This document shows, piece after piece, positions 1-13,776 of a DNA stretch of 64,000 nt (position 1 is the first letter of the stretch; every line of letters begins with the position of its first letter). The DNA is taken from contig OX597815.1 in the NCBI GenBank assembly GCA_951406725.2, positions 57,102,001-57,166,000 on the forward strand, read 5' to 3'. The stretch comes from Octopus vulgaris (lineage: Eukaryota). The notes below the pieces were generated by a model, which was given only the letters and a program-made list of their open reading frames with translations, searched no databases and had not been told where the DNA came from. The position numbers were made by a program, and so were the translations under genes.

Positions 1-895
1 AAGAATCCACCAAGATACCCAGGTCCTTTACCTGGTCGGTCCTCTCCAGCAGCAGACGACCCAGCTCAAAATCAAGTTGAGTTGCAGGAGAAGAGCCAAC
101 AGGCAGATAACAGCACTTTGACACGTTCAGACACAGGTCCCATTCGTTAGACCATCTCCAAACTTGGTGGCGGCATCGACAAAGATCATTTATATCACTG
201 CGAGGAGCAACCAGTTTGACATCATCGGCAAATAGAAGGGTGTGTTGCGTGAGGTTGTTGGGCAAGTCATTTATGAAGACTAAAAACAATAAGAGCCCAA
301 GCACTGAACCTTGAGGCATGCCACTGCTCGCACTGGAGACGTCGGACAGCGAACCATTAACTTGGACTTGGAAGGAGCGATCTGAGAGGAAGGCACCAAC
401 CCATCATACAATATCCGGATGGAAACTATATGCTTGAAGCTTGACAAGTAATAGGCGGTGGTTAACCGAGTCAAAAGCTTTAGCAAAGTCCAATAAAACG
501 ATGTCAACAGCATCACCATCATCCAGGATACGCGTCACCAATTCTTCCATTACCAGTAAGTTGGTCAAACATGATCTCTCCGGCACGAAGCCGTGTTGGG
601 AATCAGAGATAGAGGCTGTGTTTTGGAGGTGGAGCAACATACTTTTCTTAAGGATGGTTTCGAAGTTAGTAGTTAAGTGGGTCTTCGCAGGTCCCTTTCT
701 TGAAAATTGGGCAGATTATCGCTGTTCTCCAGTCTGCAGGTATAACACCCATCGCCAATGACATATTGAATAGAAGTGTTAAAGGTTCACAGATGACCGG
801 AGCCAACGCTTTGATAACCTGTGGGTGTATGCCGTCAGGGCTGTGACCCTTGTTGACATAGAGGCCTTGAATAATGCGTTCGACTTCGTCCTGAG
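1..895 (-). mobile_element. CR1-like LINE, reverse transcriptase fragment (degenerate, runs off window start)
   Basis: ORF 404-640 has QHGFVPERSCLTNLL...DFAKAFDSVNH; other frames give PQGSVLG, LFADD and YLG motifs; frameshifted. Confidence 0.85.
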
Positions 896-1699
896 TGATG
901 AATGCACAAACACACAGTCACACAGCTAATTATTGTCTGTATGTGGATGTGTGCACTAATGAAATTTGTGTATGTGTGCATGCACATGTATGTAGCATTC
1001 GTTTGAATCTCTCCCTCTCTCTCTCTCTCCTTCCCTTTCTCTCTCCCTCTTCTCCCCTCTCTCTATCATACACTTTTACCATCCCCTTTCCACAGTGTGA
1101 CAGAATTTTTTACACCACAGGTATCGGCACAAGTTCTATATATGCAATAAGGTATCAATATAATTGGAGTCCTTTCATAAGTTTTAAGTTTTAGGTTGTA
1201 CTTTTTTTTCTTCTGGTGTATCTGTACGTTGGTTGATACAGTTCCATCATGGTCATGTATGTCACTACAGATCTTAATGTGTATCATAAAGTCACTTGTC
1301 TAAGACTCCCAGCTAACATATTCATGTCTCTCAGACTATCTCTAATTACTTTAATATTATTGCAACCCACTAGTTCTTGCTCTGCTGAGTTTATGACTTG
1401 TGACCTAGCTTTATCTGTAATTTAATAGCCTATTATCTCTATTTGTCTCTTCTATTTTTTTAATTTGTGTTACTCTTGTTTTTTTTTTGTTTTATCTTTA
1501 TCCTCATCATTTTTTTACTCTTATTTTTATATCTTTCTCTTATCTTGCTTTTATTCATTCATTTCTGTGTTCTTACAATTACTATTTTTTATATATATAT
1601 ATATTTATCTTTTATTATTTGTGTGTATGTATGTGTGTGTGTGTGTATCAGTGTATGTGTGTGTGTGTGTGTGTGTACAGCATATATTTCAGCAGCATC

Positions 1700-1880
1700 T
1701 TATCATCATCATTTAATATCAGTGTTCCATGCTGGCATAGGTTGACAGTAGTCAATGCATCCAAAGACTACATCATACTCTAATGTCTGTTTTAGTCTGG
1801 TTTTTATGGTTGGAATGCCTTCCTCATGCCAAACATTTACTTCACAGCATGCTGAGTGCTTTATATCATGGTGCTAACAC
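1700..1880 (-). mobile_element. Short RTE 3'-tail or SINE copy ending in (TGA)n
   Basis: catcatcat-ttaa...ttccatgctggcataggttgacag...ggaatgccttcct resembles the tails at 21010-21182, 39019-39210 and 58760-58940. Confidence 0.6.
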
Positions 1881-2049
1881 TAGTGAAGGTACCACATTGC
1901 TTGCAAGACTAAACCCCTCTTTGAGTGACAGCTTCATGGTAGAAGGTGAGGGGTTAAAGTGTGAGAGAAGGATTCAGAACAAAAAGGTTTCTTGCTGTAG
2001 AAGAGCTATGTGGTTACTCACATTATCTAATTTCTTAGGGTGGGCATGG

Positions 2050-2470
2050 TCAGATGGAGCAAGTGGGGCACAAATTATGCTGCAACTGTTTTTTGAGCAA
2101 TCACTTGCTCGAAATTTATTGGCAGGAGTTCCAGGTCACACCAGTCCTCCAAGATCAGTTCATGAATTTTTGTGATGTTTTCATTTGTTCAGGAGGTTAA
2201 CAGTCCTCCTGATTTAGGTTGATCTTCAAGCAACAAGTGACTATTCCTAAAGTGTGGAAACCACTTATAAACTTCTGTTTTGGTCACTGTTTTCCCCAGC
2301 AGAAAACAGAATTTCATGGAAGCACACTGTTCCTTTGTTTCAGCCATCGCAAAAATCAACAGACGGGTGAAGCACTGCAAAACAAAGATGTACCACATGA
2401 CAATATGATCCCACTGGACAATGACAGTTGGCAGACTGATGCCTGAGGGTCACATCAAGTGGCTTCTAGT
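2050..2470 (-). mobile_element. Degenerate mariner transposase N-terminus
   Basis: MAETKEQCASMKFCFLLGK...VYKWF...LEDQPKSG resembles the mariner HTH region. Confidence 0.6.
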
Positions 2471-2879
2471 GGCAGAAACCTGAACTACAACAGGTTTTGT
2501 CCCACAGAGAACTAGGCTCAAAAAGAAGTTGGAGCAAGTCACTCCACATACCACCTGTAGTATAGCTAATTCTAATAATTCTCTTAGCAAAATTCACACC
2601 AAAACATATTTATTTTTAAGGATAACAATTATTTCACTGCTAATTATAGAACTAAGGTTTGCTCTAAGTATAACTCAAACCTTCATTTCTTTACTACATC
2701 CCTCTCTAACTAAATGTAGCATTTATTCTAATAAACAGTATCCAGTAATGCTGTTGCAAATTTTGTTATTTGGGGCCCTCACATTTTTGAGGATGGAGGC
2801 CAAATAGTTACAGTAATATCTGATCAGTATGTTGCAGTGTTATGGAACTTTCTGGAGCCCAAACTCACAGGCCTTGGAA

Positions 2880-3300
2880 ATTTAGATGTATAGTTTCAAA
2901 AGGATGGAGCCACTGCTTATAAAGTAAGAAAACCAATGGAAATTTGAGAGAACTATTTCCAGGACACTTGATCTCCATATGTGGTAACCTTGGAGGCCTT
3001 ACATGCTTATCTTACATCACCCCTGTAATAGTTTCTCTAGGATTATCTGAAAGCTGAGGTTTACAAACATTGACCAACAACTACCAGACAATTTCAGAAA
3101 TACCACTGAAAATGACTTGTCAAGTGGTGGGAAACTTCAGAAATCAACTATAAAAGTGGGAAGATATTTTCAAAACCAAGTGAAAAAAAACTATATCCCT
3201 TCACATTAACATTATTAAAATATTTTTTGAATAACATTTTACCTCAGAGGTTTAGTCAACCAGCAAAATGTGGGATGTTTTTGCTGCAAGCTGTGTGAAT
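2880..3300 (+). mobile_element. Degenerate Tc1/mariner transposase C-terminal fragment
   Basis: Broken reading FPGHLIS...FL*DYLKAEVYKH resembles the FLWGYLK motif. Confidence 0.45.
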
Positions 3301-3538
3301 GGACCATACTAAATACAATAATCTGCAGGCATTCCCAGAATTACAGCTACCTTAGGTTACAGAATTTTACACTTACAGAAATTTTAAAGTATGACCATTA
3401 ATTTCAGGATCCAGCCTTACAGAAACTCATATTGCATAGTTTTAAATTGTTAACAACTTAAAGCTACATTTTCTTCTTAGCTCACTGACCAACATACACA
3501 CATGTATGTATAATGTATATAATGTGAGTGTATATATA

Positions 3539-3747
3539 CAGTATGGGCCAAAAGTTATGCACAAAATAAGTTCAGTGCACTCTGGAATTGTCAAAGACAT
3601 GCTTCAGTTTTTTTTAAATTGAATAAAATAAATAAAATAATGAATACACACATTCTTGTACATAGTGAACAAGATGAACAATAATAATAATAAAGTAATA
3701 TAAATAAAATGTCAAATGTTTTGGTGTGTGACTTTTGGCCTACCCAG
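3539..3747. mobile_element. Tc1/mariner-type MITE
   Basis: Imperfect TIRs (cagtatgggccaaaagtt / acttttggcctacccag) flanked by TA. Confidence 0.5.
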
Positions 3748-4329
3748 TATACACACACATACACACATATATATGTGAACATGTGTGTATTTCTATCATT
3801 AACACAAACACAACTACCAGAGCAACAGTACAGTATGAAGTAGATAAGCAAATCCATTTCAAATAAAAATATATGTGGTATTCTAGTGTATTTTAAAAGT
3901 CGAATGAAAGGTTTTTGATCTTAGGTCTATGAGGATTGACATGAGACTAAACAGCTATAACAATACTATTAGCAACACCAGCAATACCCACCAACTATCA
4001 CTGACATCTAAACCAATGCAACCCACATCATTACCACTATCAACCAACCAACTTTTGAATCCAACTGACTACAACAGTTATCAGCATGTATACCAGCACA
4101 TGTGTATGCATGAATGTGAGTGTCTATGTGTCTGTGAGAGAGAGTGTGTGTATTTATGTCTTAAGTCTGAAGTGCAAAGGACAAATTGCCTATAAAATCT
4201 GATTTCCTTCAGCTAACAGTAATTGTCAGTCCTTCACCTTTCCATCTCATTTTCATTATTGCATCAATTATTGTACGACAATTTTCTACTCTTACAAATC
4301 AGATCTTTCCTGGGCCAGTTGTTTTACAA

Positions 4330-4639
4330 AATAGGTTCTCAAAGTGGGCGTTGAGACAGTCCAGGTTGGTGCTGTTGCCTGTGGGGGTGGGGGCAGTAGA
4401 GACAAGGGAGGCATTGGGAGGAAGGCAGTGGATTGGGGGATGCTATGAATTTATTATAAAATTATTATAGTATTATATACAAATTATATAATATTATATT
4501 AAATATCTAATGATTCATAGTATATATAAATTAGTGAAATATAAAATATTTATTTATACATAAAAATAGGAGTAGGGGCACTGAGGGTATTATGTGGCCA
4601 TGAGGGAGGACAGTGGCCCAAAAAGTTTGAAAACCTCTG
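4330..4639. mobile_element. hAT-type MITE
   Basis: 8-bp TSD ttttacaa at 4322-4329 and 4640-4647; imperfect TIRs aataggttctcaaa / tttgaaaacctctg. Confidence 0.75.
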
Positions 4640-4739
4640 TTTTACAACATATTTGTTGTGGATAATTAATTACCACTGCTGTTGGATTTGCCTTTAATTC
4701 AAGAGGTCTGGAAAGAAGCTGTCAAATAGACCTGAAGGC

Positions 4740-6700
4740 AGTAGTGTGAAGAGAAACCATGAAAAGATGACACTGGATATTAAACTTGATGTTTTAAAAA
4801 GACTTGATGCAGGAGAAAAATTAAGTTATATTACCAAAACATTAAATCTTGCAATATCTACAGAGATACGAGGGGCGTTCAATAAGTAATGCCTCTGACC
4901 CACTTGCAGTTGTTTGATCTAGCTGAAATTTTGCATGCGCAATTACCTATATCTTTATAGATTAAGTGGCAAATTACAGCTCTGAACTAATTGTGGTTTC
5001 TGATTTACAGGTGTTTGAACTGAGTCAAGTGTGAAACGGAGCCTGTTGAGTGTCGAGCAGTGATGCGGTTTTTGTATTTGAAAGGACGCACACCATGGGA
5101 GACTTTTGATGAAATAAAAGTAACTTATGGTGATGATGCTCCATCATATGACCTTGTAAAACGCTGGCATCGTGAATTCAAACATGGTCGGAACTTTGTG
5201 GAAACAGCTCCCAGATCTGCCATTGATGAGGCATCTGTCCGTCAAGTTGAGGCTGACATTTTGGAAGATCGACGCATAACTATTCGCCAAATAGCCCATG
5301 AAGTCAAGATTAGTACCGGGTCTGTGGAAACTATCATTCATGACCATTTGCATATGCAAAAGGTGTCTGCCAGATGGATTCCCAGGCTGCTCACACCTTT
5401 CCAGAAGCAAGAACACGTCGATAGCGCGAGGATGAATTTGAAGATGTGCCAAGAAGATGAGTCAAAATTTTTCAAAAGGCTGATTACACAGGATGAAACC
5501 TGGGTCCATCACTATGATCCAGAGACCAAAGCCCAGTCAATGCAGTGGAAGCACCGTGACTCACCTCCTCCAAAGAAGGCAAGGGTGCAGCCCTCCGCTG
5601 GCAAGGTCATGCTCACAGTCTTCTGGGACCAGGACGGAGTAGTGATGACAGATTTCTTGGCAAAGGGTGCCACAATTACAGGAGTCTATTATGCTTCACT
5701 TTTGAGGAAATTAAGAGAAGTTATCAAAATCATAAGGCGGGGCAAGATCAGCAAAGGCATCCTCCTCCTGCAGGACAACGCTCCAATCCACAACTCGCGT
5801 GTTGCCAGATCAGAAGCACAGGCGTGCGGCTATGAACTCATCCCCCATCTCCTGAAGTGCACCCTCTGATTTTCACCTCTTCCCAGCCATGAAGTTGTTT
5901 TTGAAAGGAAAGCGTTTCCCAGATGATGCAGCCTTGATTTCTGAAGTCACGTCGTGGTTGAAGGACCAAGCTGGGGTCTTCTACAAAAACGGTCTTCAGA
6001 GCTGAATCAAACAATGGGAGAAATGCGTAACTCTGGGTGGTTCCTATGTAGAAAAAGACTAATAACTGTGCCAAGTTTCGTTGCTCTACTGCTATGGGAA
6101 GTGGGTCAGGGGCATTACTTATTGAACACCCCTCGTACATGACAACAGAGAGAAAATTATGTCAAGTGCTGAAGAAGTTATTCCATTAACTGTCCAGGCT
6201 TCATTTTTCACAGTAATATTTCTTGAGTATATGGACCAAGGAATCGGAGCAGTGTGCCAATAAACATGTTGGTAATTAAAAAAAAAGTTTATACAACAAC
6301 TTGCAGAGAAAGGAAGGTGGAATTTCTAATGAAAAACCTTTTTTGGTTATTAAAGGCTGATTTGAAATGTTTAAGAAGCACACAAATTTGCACAGTATAA
6401 AAATGACTGGTGAAACTGTGAGCATTGATAGAGGCTGCTACTAGTTATCTTGAGCAGTAGAAGAAAATGATAGTTGAAAGGGGCAACACATCAGTGTAAG
6501 TGTACAAAGTTGATGAAACTGCACTTTTCTGGAAGTGCATGCCTGCTAGAACTTTTATTTCTCAAGAAGTAGTCATCACCAGGATTTAAAGTTTCCAAAA
6601 ATTGTCTGATATTTCTTTTGGGAGGAAATGCCACTAGTGATATGAAATGAAAGCCCATATATGTGTATCACTCTGAAAACCTAAGGGCTTTCAAGGATTA
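4740..6700 (+). mobile_element. Tigger/pogo transposase relic, interrupted by a mariner and cut by a Gypsy LTR
   Basis: [19 protein letters not shown]...LNLAIST (psq-type HTH) before 4867; VDETALFWKCMPARTFIS and KPIYVYHSENLRAFK after 6137. Confidence 0.75.
4869..6135 (+). mobile_element. Mariner DNA transposon, full length with small deletions
   Basis: TIRs cgaggggcgttcaataagtaatgcc; TA TSD at 4867-68 and 6136-37; ORF 5060-5869 with WIPRLL, TQDETW, LQDNA; third Asp motif frameshifted. Confidence 0.95.
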
Positions 6701-9700
6701 TGTGGTGGAAGGATAATTAACCAGAAGGGAGAGAGATATCGCAAAGGGACCAGAAGGAGACAAGATGATGTCATGTCAGTGATTGACAGATCTAAGTCAG
6801 CCTCTTTCTTATGGTGTCTGCGGGTGAGGCAAGTCATGTGCTGCTAGCAGTCATGTGTAGTGGTCCTAACTGGCGAGGGATCAGTAGTCAATATGTGATT
6901 ACACCTGAATGATTTGGCTGGTCATCCTTGGTTGCAACTTGAGGTAAGAGCAACTTTATTTCATGCCTTTAAACCACAAGCTATTTTGGGACATTATTAC
7001 CAGCTGTGAAAATACATCCAAGAATTATATATATATATATATATATTTATTATTTCTGTTGTTCTTCCACATTTTTTGTGCTTCTGTCATTCTGACATGC
7101 AGTGACCACAAAAATCAGAATTGGTAGTAATGTGTTGAGACTGTTCACTGCGGAAGGCGATGTGGTGGCCTGGATAAAAAAGGTGAGACTTGTGGCAAAG
7201 CTGCAGGGTACAGAAGATGTGGCTAACCTCATGCCACTGTACTTAGGAGGCAGTGCTATGAATCTATACTTGGAGATGGATGAAGCAGACCAGGAGATAG
7301 TGGAAAAAATTGAAGGACATGTACACAGAGGGGCTTTTAAAGCCTATAATAAGCTTGGGAGAGTGAGATAGACTGGTGAGCAGATTGACAACTTCGTGAG
7401 TGACATTAGGTTGGCAGGCCTTGCAGGGTTTACGGGAGCAGTGATGGAGTGGATGGTAAAGCTGGCTTTTGTGACTGGATTCCCCAACCATATCTCTCTG
7501 TCTGCAGCAGATGCTATACATTGAAATGGTGCTGGTAGGAGAAATGATTGACAAATTGCAGGTGTTAACACAAAGCAACACATGCAATGTAGTGGCAACA
7601 GTGACGACAAATTTGAGTAGAATGAAGAGGCAGGTGGCGAACAATGACAGCAAGAGTCTGGCAAGGTGAATGGCCAAGGAACTATGCTTCAGATGTCAAG
7701 GTCCACACATGGTCAGGAAATGTGCAGAAACAAAACCAATGGTGGTGTGTTACTGATATGGCCAACCTGGGCACATATCAAATAACTGCAAGAAGGAAAA
7801 TGAGAAGAGGGGTACTATTGTGCTGCTAGTTCCTGTAGTAAGGCTTATGGTGAGGGAAAGGGAAGCACAAGCCCTCATGGATATGGGTTGTATAACCACC
7901 CTGATAACCACAAGAATGGTCAAGAGCTGGAGATGAAACATCAGGCTCAGTCCAGTGAATGGCAGGGAGGTCAAAATGTAAGGGTGTCAGTGAAGACAGA
8001 GATCCATGTTGAGGCTGCAGGTGGTTAATGGTATCGATGTAGTGGTTGGAATGGACATGATCATATGATTGAGCAGTGTTGGCTTGGCAGGAGTAGAGTT
8101 TTGTGACTGGTATGCTGCATGCCATGAGCATGGAGTAGAGAGAGAATGTGGATTACTGGCAGAGAAAAGAAGAGTGACGGATTACTGGCAGAGAGAGTGG
8201 TTTCCATAGGCACAATTGAAGATGAAGACTTCCATGCTGAGTTTAACGGTGAAAGATGTACGATGGAGTACTACTTGAAAGGAGAACCTCCTGTATTGAG
8301 AAACAGGGTGAGCTGCTATGAGCACACCCTGAAAGGAGACACCAGGTTCAAGAGAGAGGTAAACTGATGAATAGAGGAGAGCATTCTGATGTCATGGAAT
8401 AAGGAGACAATGAATGGTGTGCTGCCATTGATGGCTTTGGTTCAGCCAACAAAGAATAAGGTTTGACCAGTGCTGGACTTTCTTTGAGTTGAACACACAC
8501 ATGTCCTGTCATATGAGCAGTGAGACAGCAGACATGAGAAAAACCCTTCATGAATGGAGGTAAATGAAGTGGGGGCTACAATCATCAACTTCAAGTTAGT
8601 CTGTCTGCAGCTCTATGTATCAGAGAAGTTGTGGAAGTACCAACTGGGGAGGTACAGGGGCAGAACATACTGCCTTAACAGGTTACAGCTTGAGTTTGGT
8701 GCCAAAGATCATGAGGTAATTTTGGGAAAAGAGGCCAAAGTGGAGCAGGCTACCAGCTCATATATTGATGATATCCTGGTAGATGAGAGTGTGGCATTGG
8801 CAGAGGAAATTGTGGATCTTCTTGGGAGGTTCAGACTGACAACAAAACTGCCAGAGGTTATAGGAGGTACAGCTCCGGGACTCAGGTTCAAAAGAGATAA
8901 AGCTGGTAAGCTTGTGTTTCACTGAGAAAATGAGATCCCGAACCTAAATCAGGATATGAATAAGCAAGAGTTGTTTTCGATATGTGGGAAGCTGGTGGGT
9001 CACTACCCTGTGACAGGATGGCTCCAAACAGCATGTAGCTATATCAAAAGGCAAGCAGAAAAAGTTAACTGGGGTGAAAAAGTGGGAGAGAAGGCAATGG
9101 TAATAATGCAAGAGGTCTTGAAGTGAATATGAATGGAAGATCCAGTGAAGGGCAGCTGGTACATGCCTGATACAAAAAAAGGGATCTTGTGATGCAATGC
9201 GAGCAGCATAGTATTGGGAGTTATTCTGGCAATAGGAGGTGTTGAGGTGGAAGATGTGGCATGGCTTAGGAAGAAGGATGGCTGCAGCTACATCAACGTA
9301 GCTGAACTGGATGCTGTGTTAAAGGGCATGAACCTAGCGCTGAGATGGGGATTGTGATTTGTCAAGGTCCAGACAGATTCTGCCATGGTGCAAACTGGAA
9401 GAGGATTTGCACAAAAGGAGCTGCAGAAATGGTGATTAAGTGTCACCCGGGAATCCTGAGGGAGCTAGCTGCTGAGTTCAGCCTGTGGTTTTCATGCCCT
9501 TGGAAAAGAATAATATGGACATTCTAACCAGATTGAAAAAGCATCTTTTGGAAACAGCAAAGGATGTTCTGAGTGGGGTAGCTGCAGTTTGTTGCCTGGA
9601 GGGCCCAGAACTGAGGAGACTGCACAACATGCACCACATGGAATTCAGCAGAATGGTTGACCAGAATGTCACCAGGGAGAGCATTCAAAGGATAGTGGGG

Positions 9701-10582
9701 AATTGCAACAGGTACCAATCCATCAATTCTGCCTCAAGCACAAATGAAACAGGAAAGATTCAGTTAGAGAAAACCTGGAAGAGGCCAGACATAAACGTGA
9801 CACACTATCGGGGAAAGCTGTACCTTTCAATGGTTGACTGTGGATGGGGGCAAATGGCTATATGGAGAGAAATCAGGGCAGAGACTGCTGCCAAAGTCCA
9901 GAAGTGCTGAATATGCTGAAATGGGGCCTGTAGGCAAGCTATTAATGGACAACAGCACAGGTTTTTGCTCAGAGCAGCTGAGGGAGATGCTCGAGAGGTG
10001 AAGCGCAAGATGCTTCTTCAGAGCTGCATACAAGCCAGGTGGAAACAGGATTGTGAAACAGCACCACCATATGATTAAAACCATAGCTGAGAGGGGACGA
10101 ATCTCCTCTATGGAGGCAGTCTTCTTGTACAACATGTCACCCAAGGTAGAGCAAACTGAAGAGTGGTGTCCCACAAAGGGCCGTATTCTGGTACAAATGG
10201 AGACACCCAAGTGTGGTGCCACAGCAGCCAGAGGTGGAAGGGGTTGCATCTGTATGGGTAAAGCCCCTGAATGCTCAGTGAGAAAAAGGAAGGGTGACCA
10301 TGATCAGTACTCTGAATAATGTATCAGTGGATAGAATGCTGCGTCACATCCTGAATATTTGAAGGGTGATTAGCTCTTCCAATAAAGAAAGGAAAGGAAA
10401 AGCTGGTCCTGTGACCCTACAGAGATCTCAAAGGGAACATCACCCCCTTCTCCCTATCCCCAAGTGGATGGATGATTACAAAACAGAACAGGGCAGCAGT
10501 GATCTTTAGATCAGAGAGCATGTGGTGTAAGGATAATTGAACTGGAAAGGAAAAAGACTGGAAGGGGACAAGATGATGCCAC
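6701..10582 (+). mobile_element. Degenerate Ty3/Gypsy LTR retrotransposon
   Basis: LTR starts tgtggtg(g/t)aaggataatt at 6701 and 10521 (3' LTR truncated); gag-like ORF 7102; RT YIDDILVD near 8761; integrase THY...LSMVDCG...AIWREI near 9800; many stops. Confidence 0.85.
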
Positions 10583-11065
10583 ATTATTTGTACCTGAGTG
10601 TATATGTTATGTATGTATCATTACCAAGAAAGCATGAAAGAGATGTGGACAGAATAGAGATTCATATATTTGTTCTCATGTGTACATGCACATGCACACA
10701 CACAGATATATAGATAGATAGATTGAGAGAGGGGGGTGTTGCAAACTAAACCTGGAGTTATGTTGCAGACAGGTAGGTTTCACATAAATTATAATAATGA
10801 TTTTTGGCCATAATCATCTTTCTCATTGCTTTATTGTCTTTTCTTTTTAATCGATAGATTTCAATTTTTAAATGACTCATTTAAAATCATTAAGATATCT
10901 TATTTATCTAAGAATTTTTTGCCTCATTTAAAAAAAATAAAAACAAAAGAAGGCTGTGTAGATATTAGAACATTTATAGATAGAAGGTCTTACAGCTGTT
11001 TCCAGGATATTTATTAATTATATCCCTTCATCGGAGACGGTGTGAGACGATGGTTAAGTCATATA

Positions 11066-11885
11066 GGTGGAGAAGTTTACCTATCTGGGCTCTACCGTCA
11101 CCTACAACCTATCCCTTGACGCTGAGCTCAATATATGCATTGGCAAGGCAGCTGCTGCGATGGCCCAACTCTCTAAACGAGCTTGGGACAACGAGCTCAC
11201 CAAGACCACGAAAATGAAGATCTACCAGGCATGTGTACTCAGCACTCTACTGTATGGAAGTGAAACCTGGACGCTATACACACGCCAAGAGCGTCGCCTA
11301 AACATCTTTCACCTGCGCTGCCTCCGAAAAATCCTCCGCATCAAATGGCAGAATCATATCCCCAACAAAGATGTCCTCAGGCAAGCAGGAATACCAAGCA
11401 TGTTTGCACTCCTCACACAAAGACGTATGAGATGGCTTGGGCATGTTAGCCGTATGAAAGATGGCAGAATCCCCAAGGACATACTCTACGGAGAGCTTGC
11501 TAGGGGTACTAGGTCTGTGGGTAGACTGATCTTACATTACAAGGATGTTTGCAAAAGGGACATGAAGGCCTGCAACATCAATATTAGCAGTTGGGAGGCA
11601 GTTGCCGGCAACTGTGGAGAATGGCGATGTACCGTAAAAGAGGGAATACAAAGGAGTGACAGAGAGAGAGAGGACAAATGGAAAGAAAAGAAGAGACGTC
11701 AACAAGAGACTATGGCATTACAACCAGTCTTCGCTACATTTGCGGTACCTGCCAGAGGGAGGTCCAGGATAGGACTACACAGCCTCAGCATGAAATGTAT
11801 CAGGACATGAAATATAAAAGCCGGACTAGACTACTTTATGCGCAACTCCATTGTCTCCCGAGACAGAAAGGATGCCAACCAACCA
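11066..11885 (+). mobile_element. RTE (BovB-like) LINE, 5'-truncated 3' end
   Basis: FTYLGS, LLYGSETW, RMRWLGHV, RIPKDILYGEL; terminal ccattgtctcccgagacagaaaggatgccaa. Confidence 0.9.
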
Positions 11886-11929
11886 GTTTAGATGTGATAC
11901 AAAATAGAGAGTGAGGTGGATGAAAGAAA

Positions 11930-13700
11930 ATAGATGCAAGATATGTAGGGATATTGAAGTTGTAGATCCACTTTTTAGGTAGAATGGTATATATGTAGGA
12001 TTCCAATACCTTATGAGTAAAGTCCAACAGAGTTTAAAATGGTTCCTTCCAAATGTAATTTACAAATGCATGGTCCTTAATCTATTACACAACTCTACAG
12101 CCATATGCATAGAATCAACCAAAGATTTTAAGCAACGGTATGCCATTCTTTTAGATATGATAAACATAGTTAATCTACAACACTCGCCAACCACATACAT
12201 CATCTCAAAAATGCAAATATAGGCAGTGTAAGTTTCCAATAGCTTATGAGTGAGATCCAGCAGTTTTTAAACTTGGTCATTCCAAGTACAGAATTTATAT
12301 AGTGTTGCAGAGTCAAAGGTTTTTATTTAAAGTGACCTAAAAATAGGGAGTGTATTAGTAAGGTCAAATCAGAAAACAGGAAGAGAGGAATGAAGAAAGA
12401 GAAAAAAAGAGAGATAAGAAGGAGAAGAAAGTAAGAAGAAAAGTAATAAAATGATAAAAAATATTAAAAAACATAAAACCCTGAAGAGAGGGATAAAGGA
12501 AATAAAGAAAAAAGAGAAAAGAAAAAAGAAAAATGAAGATATAAATAAGTCAGTGGTCATTGGAGATAATTTGAAAGTAGGAGTGGGGAAATGAAGGGTG
12601 AAAGAGAGAGAAAGGTATTATAGTGTAAAAAGAAATAAGGAATGAGGGGTGGTGGTAAAAGGTAAAGGAATGACAAATGTGTAGTGATAGTGATAGAGTC
12701 TAAGTGTAGGGGCAGAGAGAGGGGTTGAAGAATTAGCAGTTCGGTGCTTAGTAATATAAGAAAATATATATGTGAAGATGTATATATCAGACATGTTACA
12801 CATACAATCCTTACTCGCATGCATATGTATACATGCACACCTACGTATACAAGCATCTGCATGTATCATTGCCCCTGTATACACAAGTATATATACCTTG
12901 CATGCATACGTATATTTACACATACCCACATACATACATACATGCATACACTCACTCATACATATACACGCACACATGGGTGTATGCACATACATATGAA
13001 TATAATCAGATGGTTGTACATGTGAGGAACTAGATATGGATTAGAAGATAGAATGTAGATTTATAAGGTTATTGGGATTACCTAAGGGGTATTGTGGAAA
13101 TGCACTGTATTCTGGCATTTGGATTTGTGGTAGAATTTGAATGTGTGATAAAAGCGGTGGTTGCATGTGCTTAGTGCCTCGTTATGTTTATTTAGCAGTA
13201 TTAGAGAGTTGTGCTTTAACATGTGGAGTGCCTCCTTCAAGCAAAGCTTGCAAGTTGAGCGTTGACCTCGGTAGGGAAGTCCTGAGTCCAGTATGGACCA
13301 TGATAGAGTATAGGGTATATTTGCATTTTTGAGATGATGTATGTGGTTGGCGAGTGTTGTAGAATAACTATGTTTATCATATCTAAAAGAATAGCATACC
13401 GTTGCTTAAAATTTTTGGTTGATCCTATGCATATGGCTGTAGAGTTGTGTAATAGATTAAGGACCGTGCATTTGTAAATTACATTTTATCTTCTGCAATG
13501 GGCTTGTAACGAGCAGATGGTTCCAGGATGGCAATTACAATTAGGTGAATTTTGGGGACTGTGTTCGGTAATAGAGGAGGTGGAACTTAACTATGGTCTG
13601 TCTATAGCACTTATTCAGCATTACCTGACACCTTTGGGTCTCAATGACACCATTACCTCTTATAACCTCGATATCTTATTTATCTTAATTCTCTCAGTAG
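11930..13700 (-). mobile_element. Degenerate Penelope-like element (GIY-YIG end) with inverted duplication
   Basis: NVIYKC...ESTKDFKQRY and TCKLCLKE motifs; 12051-12221 is an inverted copy of 13316-13486; microsatellite-rich 3' region. Confidence 0.7.
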
Positions 13701-13776
13701 GGTTGAATTGTTTTAAAATGTAAATGTTCTTGTTTTTGTTTGTTTTCAATCTAATTAGAAAATTGTATATTTTCAG

